From: Candidatus Spongiisociaceae bacterium
Lineage (GTDB): Bacteria; Actinomycetota; Acidimicrobiia; Spongiisociales; Spongiisociaceae
Direction: 5' to 3'
DNA length: 64,000 nt
Assembly (NCBI GenBank): GCA_965262915.1
Contig: OZ253564.1
Location: 160,001 to 224,000 of the forward strand
How positions within the stretch are numbered: position 1 is the stretch's first letter; each line of letters begins with the position of its first letter. Below the pieces are notes generated by a model. That model was given only the letters and a program-made list of their open reading frames with translations, was not told the origin of the DNA and made no database searches. This document shows, piece by piece, positions 40,689 to 48,910 of this stretch. A program made the translations under genes and the position numbers.

Positions 40689-41864
40689 CTATGGCCACCT
40701 ACCTGAACCCGCCACCTCATTCGCCAAGTCGAGAACCGTGACCGCTTCGATATCCTCGGCGATCCTATAGCGCTCGTCGCCTGGGTAGACGACGAACTTG
40801 GCTTCGGGGCGCACGTCTTGGCTGCCGCTGTGAAAGCCCTTGCGTGGTCGCGGGTCGAGGCTGCGCTTGACCTCGATTGCCCAAGGCTCTCGGCCGGGCA
40901 GCGTCAGGATGAGGTCGATCTCGGCCCCGCCCGACGAGCGGTAGAAGCTCGCCTCGGCACGGTTCGGCGCGACCGACAGGAGGGTCTCGATCACGAACCC
41001 CTCCCAACTCGCGCCGACGACGGGGTGACCGACGATGTCCTCCTTGGAGGCCAGACCGAGCAGGGCGTGCAGGATGCCGCTATCGCGGATATACACCTTC
41101 GGCGATTTGACCAGACGCTTTCCGACATTGCGGCGCCATGGCGTGAGGCGGCGCACCAGTAGAAGGTCCACCATGAGGTCCAGGTACCGGGAGACCGTCT
41201 TGCCGGACACGCCAAGACCACGTGCGAGGGCCGCCGCGTTGAGGATTCCTCCCTGCGTGTGACCCAGCATCGCCCAGAAACGCCTGAGCGTCTCGGCAGG
41301 AATACGGGGGCCGAACTGGGGGACGTCTCGTTCGAGGTACGTCCGTATGAAGTTCTCCCGCCACTCGAGGCTCCTGCGGTCGTCAGCCGCCAGGAAACTG
41401 TCAGGGAAACCACCCCGTACCCAGAGCGCATCCTGGTTGCTTTCACCGACCTCCAGCACGTCGAACGGACCGAGTTCGAGGTATGCGATACGGCCGGCCA
41501 GCGTCTCGCCGGACTGCCGCAACAGATCCATGGAGGCGGATCCCAGCAGGAGGAACCGCCCTGCTCGCCTCCCTCTCCGCCTCCCGCGGTCGATGAGGCC
41601 GCGCAGACTCTGGAACAGGCCCGGCAGGCGATGGACTTCATCGAGGATTACCAGCCGGTCCTCATGATCCGCGAGATACAACTCGGGATCGAAGAGCCTG
41701 GCGAGATCGGCGGGGGATTCCAAGTCGAGGTACACCGAGTCCACGACCTCGGCGATTTCCAGGGCGACGGTCGTCTTACCGACCTGCCGCGGTCCGATCA
41801 GGGCGACAGCCGGGTATTCCGCGAGCAGGTCGTGGAGCCTTGCATGCAAGCGACGGCCGATCAT
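40689..41864 (-). CDS. AAA_14-type ATPase with C-terminal DUF4143 (PD-(D/E)XK-like)
   Basis: GPRQVGKT, ILDEVH, LLGSAS, RGGFP, KRLVKSPKVY.RDSG and EIDL..AIEVK. Confidence 0.9.
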   Translation of the reverse strand: MIGRRLHARLHDLLAEYPAVALIGPRQVGKTTVALEIAEVVDSVYLDLESPADLARLFDPELYLADHEDRLVILDEVHRLPGLFQSLRGLIDRGRRRGRRAGRFLLLGSASMDLLRQSGETLAGRIAYLELGPFDVLEVGESNQDALWVRGGFPDSFLAADDRRSLEWRENFIRTYLERDVPQFGPRIPAETLRRFWAMLGHTQGGILNAAALARGLGVSGKTVSRYLDLMVDLLLVRRLTPWRRNVGKRLVKSPKVYIRDSGILHALLGLASKEDIVGHPVVGASWEGFVIETLLSVAPNRAEASFYRSSGGAEIDLILTLPGREPWAIEVKRSLDPRPRKGFHSGSQDVRPEAKFVVYPGDERYRIAEDIEAVTVLDLANEVAGSGRWP

Positions 41865-41901
41865 CCTTGTAATTATGGACTATCGTGCCAGAATTGCAAG
41901 G
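41865..41901 (-). promoter_or_regulatory. Putative leaderless promoter overlapped by an inverted repeat
   Basis: Minus strand reads TTGCAA-16 nt-CATAAT-7 nt-ATG; arms CCTTGTAATT / AATTGCAAGG. Confidence 0.55.
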
Positions 41902-41982
41902 TTATACGCAAAAATATGCGCAACGGACAGCAACCGGTAACCGGCAGCAGGGGGGATGATTCGCTTGCATTACCGTTGTCCC

Positions 41983-42738
41983 ATGGAAGGACTCTCCGGA
42001 AAGGTAGCCATCGTCACCGGCGCGGCTATGGGGATCGGCGCTCGGATAGCCGAATTGCTCCTGCAGGCCGGGGCGAGAGTCGTGGTCGGCGACATCGCCT
42101 ACGACGCTCTCGACGAGCGGTTCAGCGGTGTCGAGAATGTCCGGATTCGTCATGCCGACGTCAGGCGGAGATCGGATTGCGAAGCTCTCGCAGTTGCTGC
42201 GATCAGCCGGCACGGCCGGGTGGACATCCTGATCAACAACGCCGGCATCACCAGACGGGCACCGCTGGAGGACACCACCGACGAGCTGTGGGACAACGTG
42301 CTACAGACCAACCTGGCCAGCGCCTTCTACATGGCGCGGGCGGTGGTCCCGACGATGCAGGCCCAAGGGGGTGGAGCGATCGTCAACGTAGCGTCGATCA
42401 ACGCCATCCGGGGCAACCTGGAACTCACCGCCTATGGCGCCTCCAAGGGCGGGATGACCGGAATGACCCGGGTAATGGCTATGGAGTTGGCTCCCGACAA
42501 CATCCGGGTGAACGCCCTGTGTCCCGGCGCTGTGGACACGCCGATGAACGACCGGTACCTGGCGTCCGTCGCGGACCCGGAAGCGACCATGGAGATGCTC
42601 GTCGCCAAACATCCCCTAGGTCGTATCGCCACGGCCGACGACGTTGCCTGGGCAGCACTCTTCCTGGCCTCGGACAGGGCATCCTTCATCACCGGCGTGT
42701 CGCTGCCGGTCGACGGCGGACGTCATCTGGGCAGATGA
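41983..42738 (+). CDS. SDR family oxidoreductase
   Basis: TGAAMGIG, NNAG and YGASK. Confidence 0.92.
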   Translation: MEGLSGKVAIVTGAAMGIGARIAELLLQAGARVVVGDIAYDALDERFSGVENVRIRHADVRRRSDCEALAVAAISRHGRVDILINNAGITRRAPLEDTTDELWDNVLQTNLASAFYMARAVVPTMQAQGGGAIVNVASINAIRGNLELTAYGASKGGMTGMTRVMAMELAPDNIRVNALCPGAVDTPMNDRYLASVADPEATMEMLVAKHPLGRIATADDVAWAALFLASDRASFITGVSLPVDGGRHLGR

Positions 42739-42783
42739 AGGTTCCGTAGACGGGCGGCTGAAGCAGCCGAGAGGAGGAAGGTC

Positions 42784-43812
42784 ATGACGCTGATGAGAGC
42801 CATCGTCTTCGGGGACGACCGAACTATCCGGCTGGAAGAGGTCCCGGTCCCCGAGGTGGGAACCGGCGACGTGCTGCTGCGCCCCCACTTCTGCGGGATT
42901 TGCGGAACCGACCTGCACGCTCCTTCCATGACCGCCCCCTTCCGCTCGGGGGTCGTCATGGGACACGAGTTCTCGGGCGAGGTGGTGGCGACCGGCGAGC
43001 AGGTGCAGGGATGGGAACCCGGCACGCGGGTGGTGGTGAACCCCAACGGGAACCTCTGCGGAACGTGCGGGGCCTGCCGGGACGCCAGGTTCAACCTCTG
43101 CCGCTCGGCCGTGTTCGACAACGGGATCGGGATCCGGCACCCCGGCGGCATGGCGGAGTTCGTAACGGTCGACCCGAAGGTACTCCATCGTCTGCCCGAT
43201 TCCGTCAGTTCCGAGCAGGGCGCCTTCGTCGAGCCGCTGGCCACCGCGATACGGGTAGTACGGCGCTCTCGCTTCCGCCTCGGAAGCTCCGCAGCGGTGA
43301 TCGGGACCGGACCCGTCGGCCTGCTGGTCATCCAAGCCCTGCGACGCGCCGGCGCCGCGACGATTACCGCCATCGAGTTGTCGGCGTTCCGGCGCCAGGC
43401 AGCCTTGAACCTGGGCGCCGACCTCGCTCTCGATCCCGAGACGGAACCACCGGCCGACCTGTTCGGAACCGAACTCGAACCCCCCGAGTTCGTCTTCGAA
43501 TGCTCCGGAGCCCAGGGCACCCTCGAGCTCGCAATCGACATCGTCCGCTACGGCGGACGGGTCGCCCTTACGGGTCTCCCCTCTCGCCCAGTCGAGCTAA
43601 CCGCCACCACAGTGATCGGCAAAGAGGTCGACATCGTCGGGAGCATCATCTACGTCGAAGAATTCCCCCTCGCCATCGACCTGCTGGCCAAGGGAGCCTT
43701 CGACATCGAGAGCCTCATCTCCCTCGTTCTCCCGATAGCCCGTTTCGACGAAGCCTTCGCAGCTCTCGCCAACCCCGTCTCGACCCTGAAGGTCCTGCTC
43801 CACCCCGGCTGA
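42784..43812 (+). CDS. Zinc-dependent alcohol dehydrogenase (MDR family)
   Basis: GICGTDLH, GHEFSG, CxxCxxC..C and GTGPVG. Confidence 0.93.
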   Translation: MTLMRAIVFGDDRTIRLEEVPVPEVGTGDVLLRPHFCGICGTDLHAPSMTAPFRSGVVMGHEFSGEVVATGEQVQGWEPGTRVVVNPNGNLCGTCGACRDARFNLCRSAVFDNGIGIRHPGGMAEFVTVDPKVLHRLPDSVSSEQGAFVEPLATAIRVVRRSRFRLGSSAAVIGTGPVGLLVIQALRRAGAATITAIELSAFRRQAALNLGADLALDPETEPPADLFGTELEPPEFVFECSGAQGTLELAIDIVRYGGRVALTGLPSRPVELTATTVIGKEVDIVGSIIYVEEFPLAIDLLAKGAFDIESLISLVLPIARFDEAFAALANPVSTLKVLLHPG

Positions 43813-43893
43813 CCACGAGGCGCTTGTCGCGTCTCGTGCTGTCACAGGAAGTGGTCTATGATGGACTAGTCCACTGCGGGGAGATGCGAGGCC

Positions 43894-44172
43894 ATGACTG
43901 ATGCCGGAGCGGCGCGGGTTTGGACCGTTGCCGAGGCCAAGGGCCGTCTCTCCGAGATCCTGCGCCTCGCGGAAACGGAGGGACCGCAGCACATAGGTGT
44001 CCACCGGTCGTTCGTGGTCGTTCCCGCAGCCACGTGGTACGAGAAGGCGCCACCTCGCCAACCTCTGGGGAAGTGGTTGATAGAGAACGTCCCGCGCGGC
44101 CTGAACCTTGATGTGCCGAGCGATAGACGATCCGAAAGAGAGATCCCCTTCAGCGAACAGGCACCGGATTGA
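43894..44172 (+). CDS. Phd/YefM-type antitoxin
   Basis: WTVAEAKGRLSEILRLA..EGPQHI; overlaps the PIN gene start. Confidence 0.82.
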   Translation: MTDAGAARVWTVAEAKGRLSEILRLAETEGPQHIGVHRSFVVVPAATWYEKAPPRQPLGKWLIENVPRGLNLDVPSDRRSEREIPFSEQAPD

Positions 44173-44588
44173 ACGGCTTTCTCCTGGACGCCAATGTGGT
44201 GTCGGAACTGACAAGAGATGATCCTTCGCCGCACGTCATCGGGTTTCTGGCTGATCATGACGACTTGTGGCTGTCGTCGATCACCATACATGAGCTGGAA
44301 TACGGCCTGCGGTTGCTCCCGGCCGGACAGCGGAGGGATCGCCTCAGCGCGATGGTCTCGAGCATCGTCTCCATATACCAGGACCGCATCCTGACGCTTG
44401 ACAGGACCGGAGCAGAGTGGTCCGCTCGATTCCGAGTACAGGAGCGCCGATCCGGACGAGTCCTCGACCTCGGAGACGCACTCATCGCCGGAATCGCCCG
44501 TGCCAACGATCTGGCGGTCGCAGCCCGCAACGTAGACGACTTCCAGTTCCTCGCCATAGAAATCTTCAACCCTTGGCGACCCGGGTAG
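44169..44588 (+). CDS. vapC: VapC PIN-domain toxin
   Basis: FLLDANVVSE, TIHEL, DALIA and RNVDDF..NPW. Confidence 0.9.
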   Translation: MNGFLLDANVVSELTRDDPSPHVIGFLADHDDLWLSSITIHELEYGLRLLPAGQRRDRLSAMVSSIVSIYQDRILTLDRTGAEWSARFRVQERRSGRVLDLGDALIAGIARANDLAVAARNVDDFQFLAIEIFNPWRPG

Positions 44589-44817
44589 TCCCCATCCTTC
44601 ACGCTGTAACACCCGATCATGCAGCAGCGGGAGCCCACTGGCTCACCGTACCCGCCTGTGCAGATCCAAGTACATGCCCAGATGAGCTATTTGTCTCATA
44701 TGGACAACATGTGCGTTCACACACATATCCTGAAAACCTGGCTTACCGAGCGCTTCGTCAGTCAGAGCGGCCAACCGCGGACACGACGGCGACCCTTGAG
44801 TTGCCCTGAAGATCGTT

Positions 44818-44845
44818 TTGTGCAACACCAGCAAGTCACTATACT
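44818..44845 (+). promoter_or_regulatory. Putative sigma70-type promoter (leaderless) for the type IV TA-like pair
   Basis: TTGTGC-16 nt-TATACT, ending 6 nt before ATG 44852. Confidence 0.5.
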
Positions 44846-44851
44846 GAGCAT

Positions 44852-45967
44852 ATGAGGCCCCGCCGGTGGGCCGTACCGGAGTACAGCGAGGGGTCTACGA
44901 TGGCGCGCCTACCCAGCCCCGCCGCGACCCGGCGACTGTTCAACATGGCTGCCGAAGAGATTGAGGCCTTCCTGCCCGATGCCTGGAAGCTTGACGTCAT
45001 CGGTCGATCCGATACGGGCGGATCGGTTCGCGTGGCTGCCCCGGACGATGCCGCCGCCATCATCACCGTCATGGTCCGCGATCGGCTGGCCGCTCGGGAG
45101 GCCGCTGCTCTCCCCGAGCCGGGCGGACCGACGATCATCGCGGCGCCCTGGTTGAGCCCGCGCACCCGGGAACTGCTCGAGAAGGGCGGGTTCAACTACA
45201 TCGACCAGACCGGCAACACCTCTATCAAGGTCAACCGGCCTGGACTGGTCGTGCGCACACAGGGCGCGCTCCGTGATCCGTCACCCCCTCCGCGAACGCG
45301 TCCTAGCCTCCGTGGCCCGCGCTCCTGGGCCCTGATGCGAACACTGGTCGAGGTGGAGCCTCCCTACGGCGTGACCGACCTCTCGCGAATGCTGGGAATG
45401 GACCCGGGCTACGTGTCGCGCCTGCTCACCACCCTCTCCGAAGAGTTGCTGATCACCCGCAAGCCCCGCGGTCCTGTCGAGAGGGTCGCATGGGAGTCCC
45501 TGCTGCGCCAGATCGCCGTGGACTACTCCCTGTACAGGTCCAATGAGACCACCAGCTGGACAGCCGGCACCGGTCCCGAACAGTTCCTCCGGGACCTAGC
45601 AGCAGAAGACGAGACAGGGTGGGCGATCACAGGGTCCTTCGCCGCGGAGAGGCTCGTTTCGGTAGCACCGGCCGTGGTGGCGGTCGTCTATACCGAGGAT
45701 CCCGAGCACTTGGCCGAGGTCGCAAGACTCCGCCAGGTACGAACCGGCGGGAACGTGAGGCTCGCCCGTCCCTACGACCCGATCGTGTTCGAGCGCACGT
45801 GGACCAGGGACAGCGTGGTCTACGTGTCGACTGCCCAGGTCGCCGTGGACTGCCTGACCGGCCCGAGCAGGATGCCTGCCGAGGGAGAAGCCCTACTCGC
45901 CTGGATGCGCACTCGCCTCGCCAATTGGCGATGCCCGCCGCTCCGAGGCGGAGAAGGCACCGTATGA
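44852..45967 (+). CDS. AbiEi-like transcriptional regulator/antitoxin
   Basis: APWLSPRTRELL..NYIDQTGN, central HTH (GVTDLSRMLGMDPGYVSRLL), AITGSFAA and QVAVDCL.GP.R...GE. Confidence 0.7.
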   Translation: MRPRRWAVPEYSEGSTMARLPSPAATRRLFNMAAEEIEAFLPDAWKLDVIGRSDTGGSVRVAAPDDAAAIITVMVRDRLAAREAAALPEPGGPTIIAAPWLSPRTRELLEKGGFNYIDQTGNTSIKVNRPGLVVRTQGALRDPSPPPRTRPSLRGPRSWALMRTLVEVEPPYGVTDLSRMLGMDPGYVSRLLTTLSEELLITRKPRGPVERVAWESLLRQIAVDYSLYRSNETTSWTAGTGPEQFLRDLAAEDETGWAITGSFAAERLVSVAPAVVAVVYTEDPEHLAEVARLRQVRTGGNVRLARPYDPIVFERTWTRDSVVYVSTAQVAVDCLTGPSRMPAEGEALLAWMRTRLANWRCPPLRGGEGTV

Positions 45968-46815
45968 CTCAGCCCATGTCGCCGGCTTTCGAATACGTGG
46001 CGGCCCGGCGCGTCCTGCTCGATGCTCTGGTCGCTCTCGAGCCGCACATAGACGCGATGGTCGTGATAGGCGCTCAGGCTGTGTATCTGAGAACCGAAGA
46101 TCAGATGCCGAGCTACCAGCCCTTTACCACCGACGCCGACCTGGTCATCGACCCTGGCCTGCTCGCGGAAGCCCCGCTGCTCGGAGACGCAATGCTCTCG
46201 GCGGGCTTCAACAAGAGAAGGGAGCCCGGAATCTGGATCCGACGTATTGCGCATCCCGCCTTCGACCATGACATCGCAATTCCCGTAGATCTGATCGTTC
46301 CCTCACAGGTAGCGCCGAGTGCGGGCCGACGGGGCGCCCGCCTACCAGGAGGGCACGGGAATAGGGCGGCTTGCAAGACCAGGGGCGTCGAAGGCGCACT
46401 CGTAGACAACGACCCTCTTCTCATCGAGGCGCTCGATGCCCAAGATGATCGCCGTCTGATCGTGAACGTCGCCGGAACTGCCGCACTCGTCGTCGCCAAA
46501 GCCCACAAGCTAGGCGAGCGCCTGGCCACACCCTCCCGTCTCATAGCCAAGGACGCCGGCGACCTGTACCGGCTGTTCGAGGCGACCACACTGGCACAGA
46601 TGGCGGGCACGACCGCACGGTTGCTTGCCGATCAACGCTCGGCTGCGGTAACCGAGCAGGCCCTTGACCATCTCGTCCAACTGTTCGGAACGCCCGGTAG
46701 TCCGGGAGTCGAACTCGCTAGCCAGGCACTCGCCGATGTAGCGGACGCATCGACCGTCGCCGCGATGATCGTCGGATACACCCGCGACCTGGCCCAAGCC
46801 GCGAGCGGCGGCTAG
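45964..46815 (+). CDS. Pol-beta-type nucleotidyltransferase (AbiEii-like toxin)
   Basis: VVIGAQAVY..TTDADL NTase signature, VDL, AKAHK and KDAGD; ATGA overlap with the upstream gene. Confidence 0.72.
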   Translation: MTQPMSPAFEYVAARRVLLDALVALEPHIDAMVVIGAQAVYLRTEDQMPSYQPFTTDADLVIDPGLLAEAPLLGDAMLSAGFNKRREPGIWIRRIAHPAFDHDIAIPVDLIVPSQVAPSAGRRGARLPGGHGNRAACKTRGVEGALVDNDPLLIEALDAQDDRRLIVNVAGTAALVVAKAHKLGERLATPSRLIAKDAGDLYRLFEATTLAQMAGTTARLLADQRSAAVTEQALDHLVQLFGTPGSPGVELASQALADVADASTVAAMIVGYTRDLAQAASGG

Positions 46816-46996
46816 CAACCGCAAGCCCACTCAGCGCTGGGGGGCGGATGCTCCGACAACGTATGCTGAATTCGGAACGGTCCAGTCCGTGCGTTTTGAG
46901 CCAAGACGGCGGTCCATGTGGGTTGGAGGGAGGGCGGGCGGCTACCTCTAACCCATCAGGACCCGCTCCATCCATAGAAGCTGATGACCTCCACTA

Positions 46997-47236
46997 GTGT
47001 CCCAATTCCGAGATCCGCCGACGATATCCGTACCAGCACCGGGCTACCACCCGGAGCCCGAGAACGCGAGCAACACCGGACCTGTTGCCTCCGGCGGGAA
47101 ACTCATCGAGCCGGACATCGTCGTAGAGGGCCTGACGGTCGACCAGTTCATAGCGGAAGCTACCGAAGACACATTGACTAACGCACACCTCCGGGACCTC
47201 TGGCTGCTGTACAGGACCGCGTTGGTAGAGCGGTAA
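46997..47236 (+). CDS. Hypothetical protein
   Basis: 79-aa ORF with plausible composition; no recognised motif. Confidence 0.3.
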   Translation: MSQFRDPPTISVPAPGYHPEPENASNTGPVASGGKLIEPDIVVEGLTVDQFIAEATEDTLTNAHLRDLWLLYRTALVER

Positions 47237-47369
47237 ATTTATCGGACTACCCACCTTAATCTACTGTAACAGCTCTTAACTGTTGGCAGCGCTCCGCCCT
47301 TTGCGCTTAGGACACTAGAATAGGAATTGTGTACAACAAACATGACACCGCGAGCCATCGGGGAAAAGC

Positions 47370-48224
47370 TTGACGCTCAACGCCAGTTTCGTTCGCGCTG
47401 TGAGACAGGTGGGCCGCTACGGTGAGGGTCGCGGCGGTCATGGGCTAGCCCTACTGGTGCGATCAAGAGCAGGGGGAGGAATCCGGAAGTCTTGGATTCA
47501 GCGGATTCGTATAGACGGGCAAACTACGAACATCGGCCTCGGTCCCTATCCAGTGGTCACATTGGCTGAGTCTAGAAGGCGTGCCCTAAAGAACCGCAGA
47601 AAAGTCGGTAAGGGGATAGACCCGCGTCGTAGTACTGGCAACGGCCATGTGCCGTCGTTCGCAGAGGCGACTGACGCCGTCATCGCCATATACCGAACTG
47701 GTTGGAAGCTGGGTGGCCGCACCGAGCAGAAATGGCGGACGACGCTGCGGGACTATGCGTTTCCGACATTAGGGGCCAAGCCGGTTGACAAGATAACGAC
47801 AGCCGCTGTCATGGCTGTCTTAGTTCCTATCTGGCACGAGAAGCCCGTACTGGCCAGGACCCTCAAGCAACGGATCGGTGCGATCATGCGCTGGGCGGTC
47901 TGCCAAGGGTTCCGAGCAGATAACCCGGCTGGGGATGTCATCGGGGCAGGGCTCCCGAAGCAGAATGGTCACACCAACCACCATCGCGCCGTGCCCCACA
48001 ACCAAGTCGCATCGGTTATCGACGCGGTCCGCCGGTCAGCGGCTCTCCCAACCACGCGCGCCTGCTTCGAGTTCCTAGTCCTGACTGCCGCTCGGACTAG
48101 CGAAGCCAGGCTAGCGCGCTGGTCGGAGGTTGATATGGAAGGAGCTGTGTGGACCATTCCTGGAGAGAGGATGAAGTCAGGCCGGGAGCACCGGGTACCT
48201 CTCTCGGTGCGGACGCTCGAAGTC
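47370..48224 (+). pseudogene. P4-like tyrosine integrase, C-terminally truncated
   Basis: Arm-binding N-terminus (GRYGEG..GL.L..GLGPYPVVTLAE), LTAARTSE and WTIPGERMKSGREHRVPLS; the HxxR and Tyr region is missing. Confidence 0.88.
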
Positions 48225-48910
48225 ACCAGGAAGCGCACCGCTCCCAGTCCCTCCACGAGACGCCGGTCCCGGTAACGGGTGAGTATCAGCTCGAGCATCA
48301 CGTAGTTGGTGAGCAGGATGTCGGGCGGTTGGTGCTGGATCCGGTCCCGGGTCTCATGGTCATCCTGGCCCGTGTAACGCTCGAAGGTCACCGGGCTATC
48401 CACCCACGGCCCGTAGTCCAGAAACTTGGAGAGTTCCTCCATCTGGCTGTTGGCCAAGGCGTTCATCGGGTACACGACGACGGCCTTCACGCCGGTGCCG
48501 GAGCCGGTGCGGAGCACATGATCGACGATGGGGATGATGTAGGCCAGGCTCTTGCCAGAGCCCGTTCCCGTCGTGAGTACGTAGTTGCGGTCGTTGGCTG
48601 CAACCCGTATCGCCTCTGTCTGGTGGCGGTACAGCGACAGAGGCCTGCCAACCGCATCGGTAGGCGACTTCTGCAGGCGGAAGATCGAGGGGGCACCCGG
48701 ATGTAGCAGACCTTCCTCTACGAGATCCTCGATAGTCCCGCCTTCCTCGAAGGCCGGGTTCAGACCCACTCTCGGATGGGGCCAGAGTCTTCCCGAGTCG
48801 AGCGCCTCCTCCACGCAGGTCCGGATGCGGTCGTCACGGATGCGCATGAAGCTGGTGGCGTAATCACGGTAGGTGTCGATAAGCCCTTCGCGCAGGTCGA
48901 ATACATCCAT
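48224..48910 (-). pseudogene. Large DEAD/DEAH (YprA/DUF1998-type) helicase, N-terminal 229 aa only
   Basis: LYRHQTEAI, TTGTGSGKS, YPMNALANSQ, YTGQ and PPDILLTNYVMLE; breaks off at RFLV just before Walker B. Confidence 0.85.

Noticed and set aside
46816-47369. tRNA/att site next to the integrase
   Set aside because: No cloverleaf or duplicated att core was found in the window.
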